This document shows positions 44,601 to 57,608 of a stretch of DNA of 64,000 nt, in pieces. Location of the stretch: the NCBI GenBank assembly GCA_004764695.1, contig SMSO01000032.1:4868483-4932482 (forward strand). Direction: 5' to 3'. Positions within the stretch are counted from its first letter, which is position 1, and each line of letters begins with the position of its first letter. The notes under the pieces were generated by a model, which saw only the letters and a list, made by a program, of their open reading frames with translations, ran no database searches and was not told where the DNA came from. A program made the translations under genes and the position numbers. This stretch comes from Schizochytrium sp. TIO01 (Eukaryota > Protista > Bigyra: Labyrinthulomycetes).

Positions 44601-47531
44601 GATTTCTCTGGAGCTGGTGCAACTGGCCAAGGCCCTGTGTGTGAAGTTGCTCACGAGTATCTCCAAGGCACCGTGCGGTGGGCTCCGGAAAGAGTTACTT
44701 ACTTTTACCGTGCTTCAAATTCAGCCTCCGCAACCAGCGATGCGAAGAAAGAAGCCACTCGCAACCATGTGCTCCTCAAACTTCGAAGTGTTCTCAGTTA
44801 CTGTCAGGCTAGAAATACCCACGTGTACCAGAAGAACTGCACAAAGTAAGCAACTGAGAAACACCAAAGGCACGAACACGAAGCTCCGTGCCACCGGCCA
44901 AGCTCAACTTAAGATTCTATTTACATGTGGTCCTGTCGCTTCCAGGGGCCAAACGAGCTTCATTCGGCTGAGGCCACCGCAACCTTGAGAGGATTTCGTG
45001 CCTCTCATTGTCGGAAATTTGCATGCTTGCACATGCACCCACGGCAGAGGCAGCAGCTCGATCTCCCAAAATATTCCTCAAGAGGCCTAGCGAGGCGCTC
45101 TTCAGGCTGCGCTGCGCTCACTGCCTCGTGAAGTGCCAACTCAAAGCCCAAGCCCAAGTTCAAGTGTCTGCATTGATGAGAACAGGGCCATTCAGATTCC
45201 GGGACTGAGATTGTTTGGGAAGACAGCACCACAGAAGGGGCATTTGCCGGGATCTAGAGCAGCCAAGCACCAACAAACCCCCGAAGCCACCTTCTCCAGA
45301 GAGTGCCTTACGATGGAAACGAGGTTCCCGGTGGTACTGGCGGGTGCTTGCAGATGCTTGCAGATGCATTTGGTTACCTCTCGACGCCGATCTTCCCACG
45401 TCTAAAGAGTGATGCAGAAGCCTCAAGCCCAGCGTAACCGATAGTCGAATCCAAAATCCGCCCCCTCTGAGCGAGTTCTTAGAGACCACAGAGCAGCTCA
45501 AGTTCGAGCTGGCTGCAATCGTGGCCATTGCGCACACGTCTGCGGAGAGCAAGACCTCCTCCTGATGAGCTCGCTTGCTTGCTTGCTTGAGCAGCGTGCG
45601 TGAGTCAGGTTGTTTCTTTGTTTGCTCGCTCATCTGACTTGGCTCCTGTGATGGTGGCAGAGCAGTGTTCCGAAAGTTTTCTAAAATGTCTTGGCGCTTC
45701 ATCAGTCGGCGCGGCCTGAGCGAGCTGCTGGTGAAGGCCCACTCCATTCATGGTTGCGGTGGACGAGCTCGGGGCCCGGTTCAGTTGTAAGGCATGGTCG
45801 CGGAACTGCGATCGTGCGCGCGATGCGTCGAACTAATTCCAGCGCACCGTCTGTTTCTAGCTAGACTCGTTCAGAGCTTGCCTCTCCGCTGTCCGCTGTC
45901 GCTGTCTGCTGTCGCTGTCCGCTGCGAGTGGCGTGAGCGGAGAATGAATGGATGCTGTCTCGCCCACGAGGACAGCTTCAGCTGCAGAGAGAGAGAGAGA
46001 CAGAGATGCCTTATCGGGGGCAGCATGCATGGGAGCCACGCAACCGGTAGCGCGATGGTGTCGCGACCTGTCCTCGCAGGAAAGTCGGCCTTCGCGAGGT
46101 CCTCAGCTGTGCAGACCACGGTGGTCGTGCGCGAGGGGGGCGAAGCTAGCTGGTCCACGCTTGCTCCGGTGAAGTGAAATTCGAATTCGAATTCGAATTT
46201 GCCTGCTTTGCTTCGATTCACAGACAGAAGGAAGAAGAAGAAATTTGAATTCCGGCTCAAGTCTTGAAGAGCTACTGGCCCAAGAGCTCCACCTCGTCGC
46301 GCTCTTTGCGCAGGCAGGTTTCCCGCGGCGACGATGGCCTTCTTCTCCGCCGGCCGTCGTCCGCGACAAACAACCGGAGAGAGTCATTGTCTTCTGTATC
46401 TTTCTTCTGTGCAATTCGACCTCTCGAACATCGATGGATTCATTCATTCATTCATTCATTCATTCATTCATTCATTCACTCATTCACTCATTGAAACTCT
46501 CTTTTTAAAACTCAATCATCGACTGTTAAAAATAAATAAAAGGAAACAGTTTGCAAGAAAACGCTAAACGCCGAATGAATCCAAAGCGAGTGTGAATCCC
46601 GCTACGCTCAGCGTTTTGAAAGTTGCTCCATTTTCTTGAACTTTTTGGTTTCTGGCGCCATACGATGTCACTCACTCACTCACTCACTCACTCTCTCACG
46701 AACTTAGCGACAGAGCAATAGACTTTTCGAACAAGTTCCCTCTCACACTGTGAGACTTGCAAGTTCTTTCTCCAGCCAAACGAAAGAAAAAACAACATAC
46801 ATACGCACTTATTGAGGCACATCCAGTTCGTTATCTTTTCAATGAATTGAAGATGCCGTGGAAGCAGCATCTCTCTTGCAGGCCCCAAAAGAGGGAGTCG
46901 TGCCACCACACGATGCACGGCCCGTTTTGAGTAGAGTGGAGCTGCGCCGCCTTCGTTCTCTCGCGCGTATTTATTTCCCTGATTACGAGTATTGCCAACT
47001 TGCTTGGTCTGACTGAATGAATGAATTTCATTCTGAAAAGAAAAGCGATTAAAGAAACAAAAAGAGAGAAGTGGGAAAAGCTTTTAGTTGGAAATAATAA
47101 AATTAAAAAGTGTACTCACTCGTTACTTTGAAAACTCTTACTTAGAAAGCACAACAGCTTAGCTGTCTCCAGTAGATACGCTTACTACGAGTTGAAGGTC
47201 TGTCAAAAGTGAAGGCGGGTCCAGGCGTCGACGTATCTAATGACTAGCTCGAGGTGTGGGTCACCCCGAGTTCTTTATTGGGCCAACCTGAGAACGCAGC
47301 TGAGGAAAGTCCCCTCGTGGATGGATAGATGGATAGATGAATAGATGGATAGATGGATAGATGAATAGATGAATAGATGGATGAACGAACGTCTACTCGC
47401 TCTGCAGATGCAAGTTGGGCAATAAACGGGCTCTCAGAACCTTGATTGAAGGGGCCGTTATTTTGCGTTCGTTCGTGAAACTAAGTCAGCCAGGCGACGG
47501 TGGGTCGGTCTCCTCAAACTGAGACAGCTAC

Positions 47532-47532
<1 letters not shown>

Positions 47533-47575
<43 letters not shown>

Positions 47576-47594
47576 GTCGTTGTAGCTCTTGTTG

Positions 47595-47645
<51 letters not shown>

Positions 47646-47659
47646 TTGGTGGTGGTGGT
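47533..47659. repeat. (CTG)n/(TTG)n/(GGT)n compound trinucleotide repeat
   Basis: Directly visible; no supporting coding context. Confidence 0.93.
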
Positions 47660-50600
47660 TTTCTCAAAAGCTCACCGCTTCGTCATGAAATCAACCACGC
47701 GAAAGGCTTCTTGTATAAAACCAGGACCAGGCCGCCTTGTCGCAGATTGTTCTCGCGTTCGATATGAAATTGCGCAGCTTGATATCTCGTGGCTCCTGGC
47801 GGGTAAGAGGTTGAATAAAGCGACTTCACAAACCTCACACGCGCATCAGAATTAAAGCCAATGTGTCGAAGAAAAACTAAACGACTAAACAATTGTAAAA
47901 CGGATAACGAAATCAATTCGACTCTATCGAAGGGGCTCTACGTCTCGATAAGGGTGGGATATCAAAGGTTCCGAGTAGTGACAGGGACGTGAGCTCACAG
48001 TGAGGTCGATCCAATATTCGACGTGGTCATTCTTCTAAAATCCCCGATCGAAGCGCGCATTTGCATTTGCTGAGGACGCTCAGAGCGCAGGTCTTCACAA
48101 AAAAACAAGCGTCGTTGCTCTGTCCTGAGAAAAGCGCAATCAATTTACGCACATCCGCAAATGAAGTCGCCACAGGCTTGTTTCTTTACTTTCCAAAGGA
48201 ACTCTTGCGGCAGTGGCAGATTTGCAGGCCGTCCATGGTACACTACTTTAGGCAGCGCGGTCAAATGCAAATGAATGTCAGGTATCGGAGCGAAATTAGC
48301 CTCAAAGTGCTGTGCGTTTGTCGCCTGAGTCCAAAGTGGTGTCTCGTAGTCACAGCGTATGCTGAGGTTTTACAAGAGAAAGTATGGAAAGGATGTCAAG
48401 TCGCCAAGGTTGTAGTAGCAGGCCGTGGATTCTATTTTGCAAAGGGAGAATAAGAGCGGTGGCGACAATCGATGGCCGTGGATAACGGGGTGGGCACTTG
48501 TTCCTTTTCTTTTCTGCATATTGAATGCCCCGAGGAGAATTTGAAAGTTTTGATAGCTTGCTGTCTTGGAGAGAGAAGACCAGTTTCCCCGCTCCTCTGA
48601 ACGAAGTGTTTCTTTTCAGAAGGGAAGTCGGTTTCGCGCACTTGGACCTCCAATCTTCAGCCGTATTGGTATTCTATAAATAAACTTTTGGGAAAGTATT
48701 ATATCATTAGGTAGGCACTTAGTTTTGTTAGGCGATGCTAAAAGGAAAAACAAGCAAAGAACAGTCAACGAACACGAAGGGAAAACTATGGAACTGGAAG
48801 GGATATCTATCTTTCACACAAGCACACACTCCTGCACCTGCTTTCGAAGTCTGTCTTCTGTATTGAGTGTTCAAGTATACCATGGTAGAGAGAAGGCTGT
48901 ACTCACGTGCACACGTAAGTTTTTAATCCTCTGATGTTTAGTATGAAATCTTTCCAATGAGTCTTGATAGGAGGCAAAACTTACAAGAGGATATCGTGTC
49001 CTGTTTGTTTCTGATGTTCTCAGCATGCTACTGTGTACTTCAAAGGAGTTCTACATGGCCCGTCATCGTTGATACTTATAACAAAACCATCTCTCTGCAA
49101 CCAAAAGTATCTACCGTCCTATTAAGCATGATTCTCTTTTACCATCCCAGATAAGTAGCTACAGCTCAGCACAGAAAACAAAGTCTCTAAAGTCATTCTC
49201 ATCGGATCTCAACTGAAAGTCAAACTTTTCGTGAAGAAAGTTCTTTCTTGCTTGCCTTCTCATAAACGTCATAAATGTTTCTAGAGCAGGATTCCTTCAG
49301 GCGTGTTTGTGATTGACCAAGCTAGCTGTATCTTGCCTCCTTTTGCACTGGATCTCAGACAGACAGCCTCACCAAGATGGTGTAATAAGCTCCGTCAACT
49401 GTGGGTACCTAAGGGGTCCAAGTTCTTTGCTCTAAAATCGCCTTCTTCAGCACTGCATTCCTTCTTTTAATTGTTAATGGAGAAACCAAAGAAAGCAAAG
49501 AATTTCAATCAGAAACTGAAACCTGTGCTCTCGACGTTCTTTTTGTGGCTGTTGTTCTTGCAAAACAGAACGATCTTTCGGGTTTCTGAACTCGCTTTGG
49601 GAATCAACGTTCCCTCTTAGCTAACTAACCAACTAACTAATTAACTAACTAACTTACTTAGAGTTTGCCAGAAAGAATAATTCCTAAATTTGTTGACTTC
49701 TTTCCTTATTTGTTTGTGTGCACATTGGTTCAACTTTCTGGCTGACTGGCTGCCTGGATTTGTGCCTCATGTGCGTTGCCGCTCGAACGAGGCCGCTTTC
49801 CTTAGGCCGATTGCTTGTTTTGCAGAAGCAGCTGTGATTCTTAAAATACAGCATCAGCCGCAAGTTCTCAGCACTACAGTGCTTGCTTCCTGCAAAAGAT
49901 CGTTCTCTTGGCCGGTGTTCTGTTCTCTCACGGGTGCCAGTCAGATTATACAACTGAATGAGCGAAGTTTGATCATTGTTTTAAAAAATAAAGTTTAGCT
50001 AAGTTAAATTAAAAATAAGGCAAAGTTGAATGAGCTTTTATTGAGGTAACTAACTGAAAGCTTTGAATGCGGAGACAGAGCTAGATCCTCGAAAGCGTCT
50101 CTTCATCAGTTTATGTCAATAAGAAGGCGACCTTTATATTCGTAGACATATAGATTCAGCCGTTTATCTAATTTAAAGCAATAAAAAAATATAATAGGAA
50201 AGTTTCTATTCTCTTTCTTTTAAATACACTTAAAATATAATAATAACTTTCAAACCTTTCAATTATTTTATTTTATTTAAAAAAATAAATGTTTGTAAAT
50301 TGAATGAAATGTTCTGTCAAAAAAAAGGGTGAAAAAAGCGATACCTCATCCAAATTGGTAGCACCTTCTCGTATCGAGAACATCGATGAGAACGGTGCTC
50401 GGCCCATTAAAGAGCGGGGGATACGATATCTCTCCTCAAAGATGCTGACGAATTGCGCGAGTCAATCTTAGGCTAAAAGCACCCGTGTCGAGGCCTCTGT
50501 ATTTCCAAAGAAGCCCCGGAGGAGATATCGGAAAAGACGCCGCGGCCAAGCTTGTGTCGATTTTAGGAAAGCGCCTACTTATAGTACTACGTCCATTATT

Positions 50601-51744
50601 AAATGCACCTCTCTGCACGCCCTCCCGTCTTTCAAGGAAGGAAGCACGCCTTCGAGGATTCCGAAGACTAACAGGGCAATCAATGTGCGTGAAAGTCTGC
50701 GCTTTCTTTTCGAAGGGACCCACGGCCTGTTCAATAAAAAGTAGTCGAAGTTGGACCACGCACCATCACAAGTTTTGGAAATATTCATGGCTCGCCTTGA
50801 AGGCCGGTAGATTTTGCAAGATCGCTGACCGTTCTCAGGAATAGTTCAAGTGGCCTCGAACGAAGCAAGTTACTTGTGAGCGCGAGCTTCTGCTTGAATG
50901 AATGAATGTGAATGAATGATATGGTGTGATATCATATCATATCATATCCTATCCTATCATATGTACCACAGAAGAGCCCAATTCAAAGAAATTCGCAAAT
51001 GCATCGGTATGGATTACAGCTGTCTCTATCCATGGTCATGCTTAAGGGCCCTTGATCCTCAAGCAGAGATGGAATTGCGACTCGATATACATACATTCAT
51101 TCCTCTTCGTCGATCTTCAATTCCTCTTCATCGACCTTGAACGCGTCTTCATCGTCTGAAACGGAGAGGTGCCCCGCTTCTCCAGCTCTGTTCAACCTTT
51201 CTGTCGGGTGCACGTGACATTTTGATCTTGACATTGCCATTAATCTTGACATTGCTCTGGATGATCTTGACGATGACGATGACGATGATGGGTTCCACGT
51301 AGGCGACAACGAATAGGATCACCCTTCGTTTCGCTCCATCGGCCTCGGTCTAGTGGCAGAGTTCTCGCTCGCTCAAGTTTCGGGCGTGGCCGAGGACCTT
51401 ACCTTCGAGGAGCGTGTCTTCGCGTGAATTCCTGCTTTATTTATTTGCTGCGCACGCGTCGAACTTGGCCTCAGAAGAGAGCCTTCGCATCTCAGCTCTC
51501 TCCACAAATTAGGGCTCATGCAGACACCAAAGAAGCGAAGGGATCAAACAAAGACTGTCCAGCTACCATCCATCTCCATCTAAGCACTCACTCACTCACT
51601 CAATCACTCCCTAGCTACTACATCTATGGGTAGGTAGGTAGGTACCTGAAGGCGCATGATTCGCCAGCTCACGATGACGCCTTCAAGTCGGACCCCGCTT
51701 GCGTAGACGGTCTCTCTCTCGCTCGCTGACGCTTTCCCTTGCAT

Positions 51745-51920
51745 TGATTTCGAAGAGTCCTTCAGCTGATTTCGAGGCATGCTGCGATTGATTCTGAAGC
51801 TGATTTCGAAGCATTCTCCAATTCATTCATTCATTTCGAAGCATTCTCCAATTCATTCAATCATTCATTTCGAAGCATCCTTCGATTTACTTCGAAGAAG
51901 AACCTCTCATTCTCCAATTC
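51745..51920. repeat. Irregular minisatellite with core ATTTCGAAGCAT (~6 copies)
   Basis: Cores at about 51747, 51769, 51803, 51833, 51867 and 51890. The block ATTTCGAAGCATTCTCCAATTCATTCA occurs twice. Confidence 0.75.
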
Positions 51921-54900
51921 CAACGCCGCCTTCCGATTCACGCTATTTGCCAACTACTACTACTACTACTCGCTGTCTAACCGCAGCTATGCACGCCCTA
52001 GGCGAACGAACGGCCCTGCTAGAACCTCCAAACCTCATTCCGTTCCTTGGTATCCTAAGGCAACCCCCTGGCGAGGATGTGGCCTCATGCTTTCAGTGAA
52101 ATGGGGGGTGTAGGGGGGACGTTAGGAACTCGGGTCTGTATTTCTTCGCTGAGGTCGCTGTGACTCCTTTTCAAATTATTTTCAAGAACGGGTAGCAGTT
52201 GGTAGGGTACCTGCCTAAGTGCTTTCACGGAAAGTGTTTCACTCCTCTTTTCTTTTTTCAGCCATTTCATTTTATTGAAAAGGAAAAGAGAAAACAATTC
52301 CAGATAAATGAAACACTGATTTTATTAAAAAGTAAAAAAAAAAAGAAAAAAAAAAAGGACTTTTTCACAACATATATATATTTTTAAATATAAGCATTCT
52401 CAAATTTTAATTATAATAAAAAGGTTTAAAACAAAAGTTCAAGAAGCGGAAAAAGCGGGGCAAGTAAGGAGGGCAAGTACCTGGGTACTTTTTAATGTTC
52501 AAGAAGCAGGAACCAAACGAAAGTACAGTAAGAAGGGAGGTTTAACAAAAGAAAAAACAGACAGTTCGGCGCTGACAAGTAAGCGAACGCAAATGTATAT
52601 CAAAGTACGCACTGAAGCTTCAAAATATTCATAGGGGTAGAGTAGAGCACAAAGCAGGGATTTCATCGCGGCGGGCCATAGAAAGACCTGTTCCAGAGAC
52701 ACAGCGCACGCCGCGGAACTCACTGGCCACCCCCGCTTCGACCTCTTGGATCTGAAGAGTTTTGGATCTGACGAAGTATGTATCCTTCTTCTTTCTGAAC
52801 CCCAAAGATAAAGAAACAATCATACATACTTTTTCTTTTTCTTTTTCTTTTTCTTTTCTTTTCTTTTCTTTTCTTTTCTTCTCTCATTTTCATTGGCAGT
52901 AGTAGTAGTAGTAGAATCTGCAGAAACTGAGAGATAATTTATTTCTGTTATATTTCACTTTTCAAGTAAACAAGAAATTCAAAACTACAAAACTACGTCT
53001 TAAAAAATAACGAGGAGCGGGTGATAGAAAAGAGGAATTGGCAGACTATGTTATTGAGCCTTTGCATGATCCACGTTGCGCTGATGTGAGGAAGTGCCGC
53101 TTCGCATATCGATGAGTTCTCTATTGTTCAGTTTCCCCTTTCTATAATACAAAATAAATAAATCATAAAAAAGCAAAGCCATTTACGCACAACAGTTTCT
53201 GTTCTCCAGGAAAGTGGCATCTTTTCTTCTGCTGGAGCTGCTCGACCTCAAATGACGTAAGAAAAGAAATGTTCAGGATTATAGAAATCCATTGCAAGGC
53301 GTCCTAAACGGCATGCATACGATAAGCTGCTCCAGACCAGGAAGCCTTTCTGCGCGTTTGCCGGCAGAGCTCAAAACAAAGCGGCTGCTGGCATTTCTTT
53401 CTTTGTGCCATTGCCGCCTTTTTACTTGATCGAAGAGAACAAACACAGCCTGCAAAGCAAACAAAAAGAGCCGCAGCCGCAGCCTTCTCCTCTGTCAACT
53501 GTTGGCAGAATTCTTATTCTTGAGAATTCTTATTCTTGAGTCTGCTGTTTTCAACTCAGTGTTTCACGTTATTTTTATTAACTTAACCAAAAAAAATACA
53601 AACAAAAAAACATTCTGTTCTGTTTAATTTAACAAAACAACAAATGCTTTAAAAATACATAGTAAACAACTTTGGAAAGTGGATACTAAACCAAACGGCG
53701 CTTCTTCTTTCTGAATCCTGAGATCGTGACATGAAGAATCGGAGCAGCAACGAATTGAGCCCCGAAAGGCGAAAGCGATTGCTCCATCGCACCCTTTGGA
53801 AGAGGCCGTGGCCCCATCCTGAGTAGAGCCACTGCCACCAGTGACGACGCGATGACGTCGTTGCGTCGTGTGCGTGCAGGCAGAGGGACTGTCTAGACAC
53901 AGAGACACGTTTAGGCAGATGCACCTCGATCAGGTCGGGGAGATCCTCGCGAGGCCAGCTCTTGCTCGAGGAAGCGAAGCAAACAAGCGAGTGAAGAGAG
54001 GGTGTTCGGAGCCTCTGCTCTCGCGCTGTTGGATTGCTGCTGTGAACTCCAACGATCGCACGCGCGGCTGTCTTTCTTTGGAGGGTTTCCATTCATTGTG
54101 AAAGCGGAATGAATGCCAATTTGGCGAAAGCTTATGGACACACACGCCATCCTCGTCTGTCGTTCATCCAGATGAAGGAACCAGGAATCGAGGAATCAAG
54201 AACTCCGCAGGTGTTGAGGTGATGCAAGTTGGAGGCGCTTCGTCTTCTGGTTTGAGAATAACTCGGGGTGTCCTTCCAAGTACCCATTCATAGTACACGG
54301 CCGAAGGTGATGGATGCCGTTTGCAAAGACCTCCAAAGGCGAGTTTGGAGCCGGAGAAATCAATGGGCACTCAGAAGATACTGCTTTGCGTCATTGGTTG
54401 CTTATGGGTCCGTGCGATGTTGTCATGGAAGTCAAGGGTATCTGAGGCGGCTGCTTTGCTAGACGCTGAGAAAGGAACTATGAAATAAAGGGTCCGATTG
54501 AACTTAAAGGCAATCGCGAAGCCAAATCAAAGCTTGGAGCGGGCAGTGGCGTCGATTGATGCTCTCTGTCAATCACCAGCGGATTTAAGGTCACAAAGGC
54601 CCAGCTCACGGCCCGAACTCCACATGAAGTGATGAGCAATAGATTGTTAAATCAGTGCACTTTGAAAAGAAGACGTAAAAGCAGACTGACGTATGGCGTA
54701 AGCTATTATAAATAGGGAGTAGCTTTAGAGAGAAGTATTCGGGTCTCCACGATGATCAACAGAGAAAATAGCTAATTTTAGAGAATGCAATGGACAGCAG
54801 CGTGATATCAATATCTAGCCTCACATTTATTAACGCATCTGGGTCACATATATGCGCCTCAATGAAATACATTTTAAATAGAAAGGTATATTATCGAAAC

Positions 54901-57459
54901 AAATGCCCCGACGCCAGGAGTGATCTTCAAGGTATCGCCTTAAGCTTTAGAACCTCTGTCGGTCTTCTTGTCCAATGCAAGTATCTCATCTTCAGCTCGA
55001 CTGGTGAAAAAACTAGATCAAGGTTTATGCACGCACGCCGATTCACATCTCGTGCCATAGCTTCTGCAAGTCTGTAGAATGTTACGTATTTCTTTCTAGT
55101 GCAAACAGCATATGACCTCGTGGCAGATCCTGAATCATCAGATTCCATGCATTATTTAATGTGTACAATCTTTCATAGAATTCCTTGATTTACGAAACTT
55201 GGCCTCTGGCGAAGACCATGCTCTCTCATAAGCTCCAGCTCTCATGATTGCTTATTTCTATTATCGTTATTGACTGCTGTCAGGGTTCGCCATTGCAAAG
55301 CTGTACCCATGTTCTTTCTTCTATGTCGCACTAGTACGGACATAAAGTGAAGGTAAGTATTTTTCCACCGATTGAGGCTTTTAGACTGATTTAGAGAAAA
55401 CACTTCAAGATTGCACATAGCTAAAATTTGAAGACTTCACTATTGTCTGTCCCCTTCTTAAATTTTCTTTTTTTTCTTTCCTCTTTTCTTCTCTCCTTTA
55501 ATCCTTTTAAAAACATTTTTTTCTTTTTCTTTTCTTTTTCTGGTACGAAAAGTATTTGAAAAAATGAAAATCACTACTTCTAAAGCCATACCTAGCTAGC
55601 TATAGGTACCTGCGAACCCGTGGACTGAGCTATTCTATTGATCAAAAGGAAATCAACACCTGCTATACTGTATAGTAAATATGTACATTTCTTTTTCAAA
55701 ATAAAAATCCTCGAATCGAAAGAAAGCTGCAGTTTCCCTCTTCTTGCATTGCTGCTTTAGAGGTGTTGTTGCAGTCCCCCTTTAAGATAGTCCTATCAAA
55801 GTCGCCCAAACCGTTATGAAACGTCCCCTTCGTTTGCGCAAGGATGCCACATCACCACTGGCACTGTGGGGTAGCTAGCGCGCCTGGGAGGTGACAGGAT
55901 GAGGGGTGAGCTAGGGTTTATGGTAGGAGGCTGTCGCAAGAGGAACGCAAGCAAATTCTTGATTGATCTTGAAACCCAAAGAAGCGCAAGTGAATGAATG
56001 AATGAATGAATGAATGAACGAATGAATGAATGAATGGATGGATGGATGGGTTCTGATTTGTTTGGCGTAACCGATTGAGACCTCAGTCTCTGGAGTTACA
56101 GGCTCGTTGCGGCCGCTTATCATTTGTTTGAAGAAGCAGCGCGTGCGATAGTCTTTCTGCTGCATCCTTTTGCCAATCATCGCTTTGTGAGTGCGTGAGT
56201 TCTCCGGTCGTGATTTTGACTCCTCCTCCACCTCCTCCTTCTTTCTCTAAAAGAAACAAGTCATGAAAGGAAGTGAATGAATACAAAAGGAATCGATAAC
56301 AGACTCACGCACAGAAGAAGAAGAAGAAGAAGAAGAAGAAGAAGAAGAAGAAGAGAAGGTCTCAGATAGAGAGAGAGTGAGTGAGTCGGTAAGTGAGAGA
56401 CTGGAAAACTCACTGTGGGTCAGGCGGCGCCTCCGGTCCAGCGTTCGCCACGGAGAAGACACAGAAGCTGCGTCCCTATGCACAGATGTGAGGGTGCTTG
56501 CTACCTTATCAGAGGAAAAGGCAGTGCTGGGACCAAACAAAGAAAAAGAAAAGAATACAAAAGAGAGGGAAGAAAGAGAAAGAAAGAGAAAGGTTCTCTC
56601 GTTAAATAAAAAAAATATGACTCCTTTGGGAAGCATAGTAGCTTCGTATTGAACGAAGCGGTTCCCTCTGCGTAGCGTAGTCTCCCTTTTCCCTTTTACC
56701 TTGTAATAAAGAACAGTCCAGCAACTAAACAACTACACAAGTAAACGACCAAAAAGAGGCCCATCCATAGAGATGGCGAGACTCGAGCCGATCTGTCTTC
56801 AGAGGGGCCGTCTCGAAAGAAGAAAAGAAGAAAAGAAAGAGAGAAAAGAAGAAAGAAAGAGAGAAAAGAAGAAAGAAAGAGAGAAAAGAAGAAAGAAAGA
56901 AGAAAGAAAGAAAGAAAGAGTCGTCGCAGAACGTAGCTCTCAGGGTTTACTTACTTCATCTGCGATCGCACGATTGCTACAATCTAGGGCTCCAAGGCTT
57001 TCCTCAAAGCCTCCGGGACCGCCCCTTCGAATCAGCGCCGAAGCTGACTCGTGGTCGCCTCTTTCGTTGCGGACCGACCAATCCGTAACGCAGTTCACGA
57101 GCAGAGAGAGCAGAGCCAAGCTGGTATCAGGAAGACGAGATGAGCGAGCAACAATCACAGGTCCGCACAGATAAGCAGATAAGCAGAGAGACAGAGGAGA
57201 GACAGATGGAGGACGTGTGCACACGCGCCAAGAACACCAAAGGGAACAAGAAGAACGGTGGTCGTTGAAACCCACTCACTCACTCACTCGAATTCCAAGG
57301 AAAGAGAGACGATGCTCGAAGTCGTGGAATGTCTGTTTACCTTCTATCTATCTTGAAGGCCGTGAGCAGAGCTTTCGAAGCCGGTCCGTCGGCGGTGGGT
57401 TCGTAAGTATGATAAGTAAGCATGATCAGTGAGTGGCGATGGAGAGACAGCGACGTCGC

Positions 57460-57608
<149 letters not shown>

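Noticed and set aside
47458-47855. Poly-Ala, poly-Cys and poly-Leu ORFs (likewise ORFs over the 57.4-57.9 kb and 62.8-63.1 kb repeats)
   Set aside because: Simple-repeat translations with no flanking coding evidence.
51097-51309. Short minus-strand ORF ending in acidic DDEDAFKVDEEELKIDEEE
   Set aside because: No recognisable domain and no convincing exon chain; largely low-complexity.
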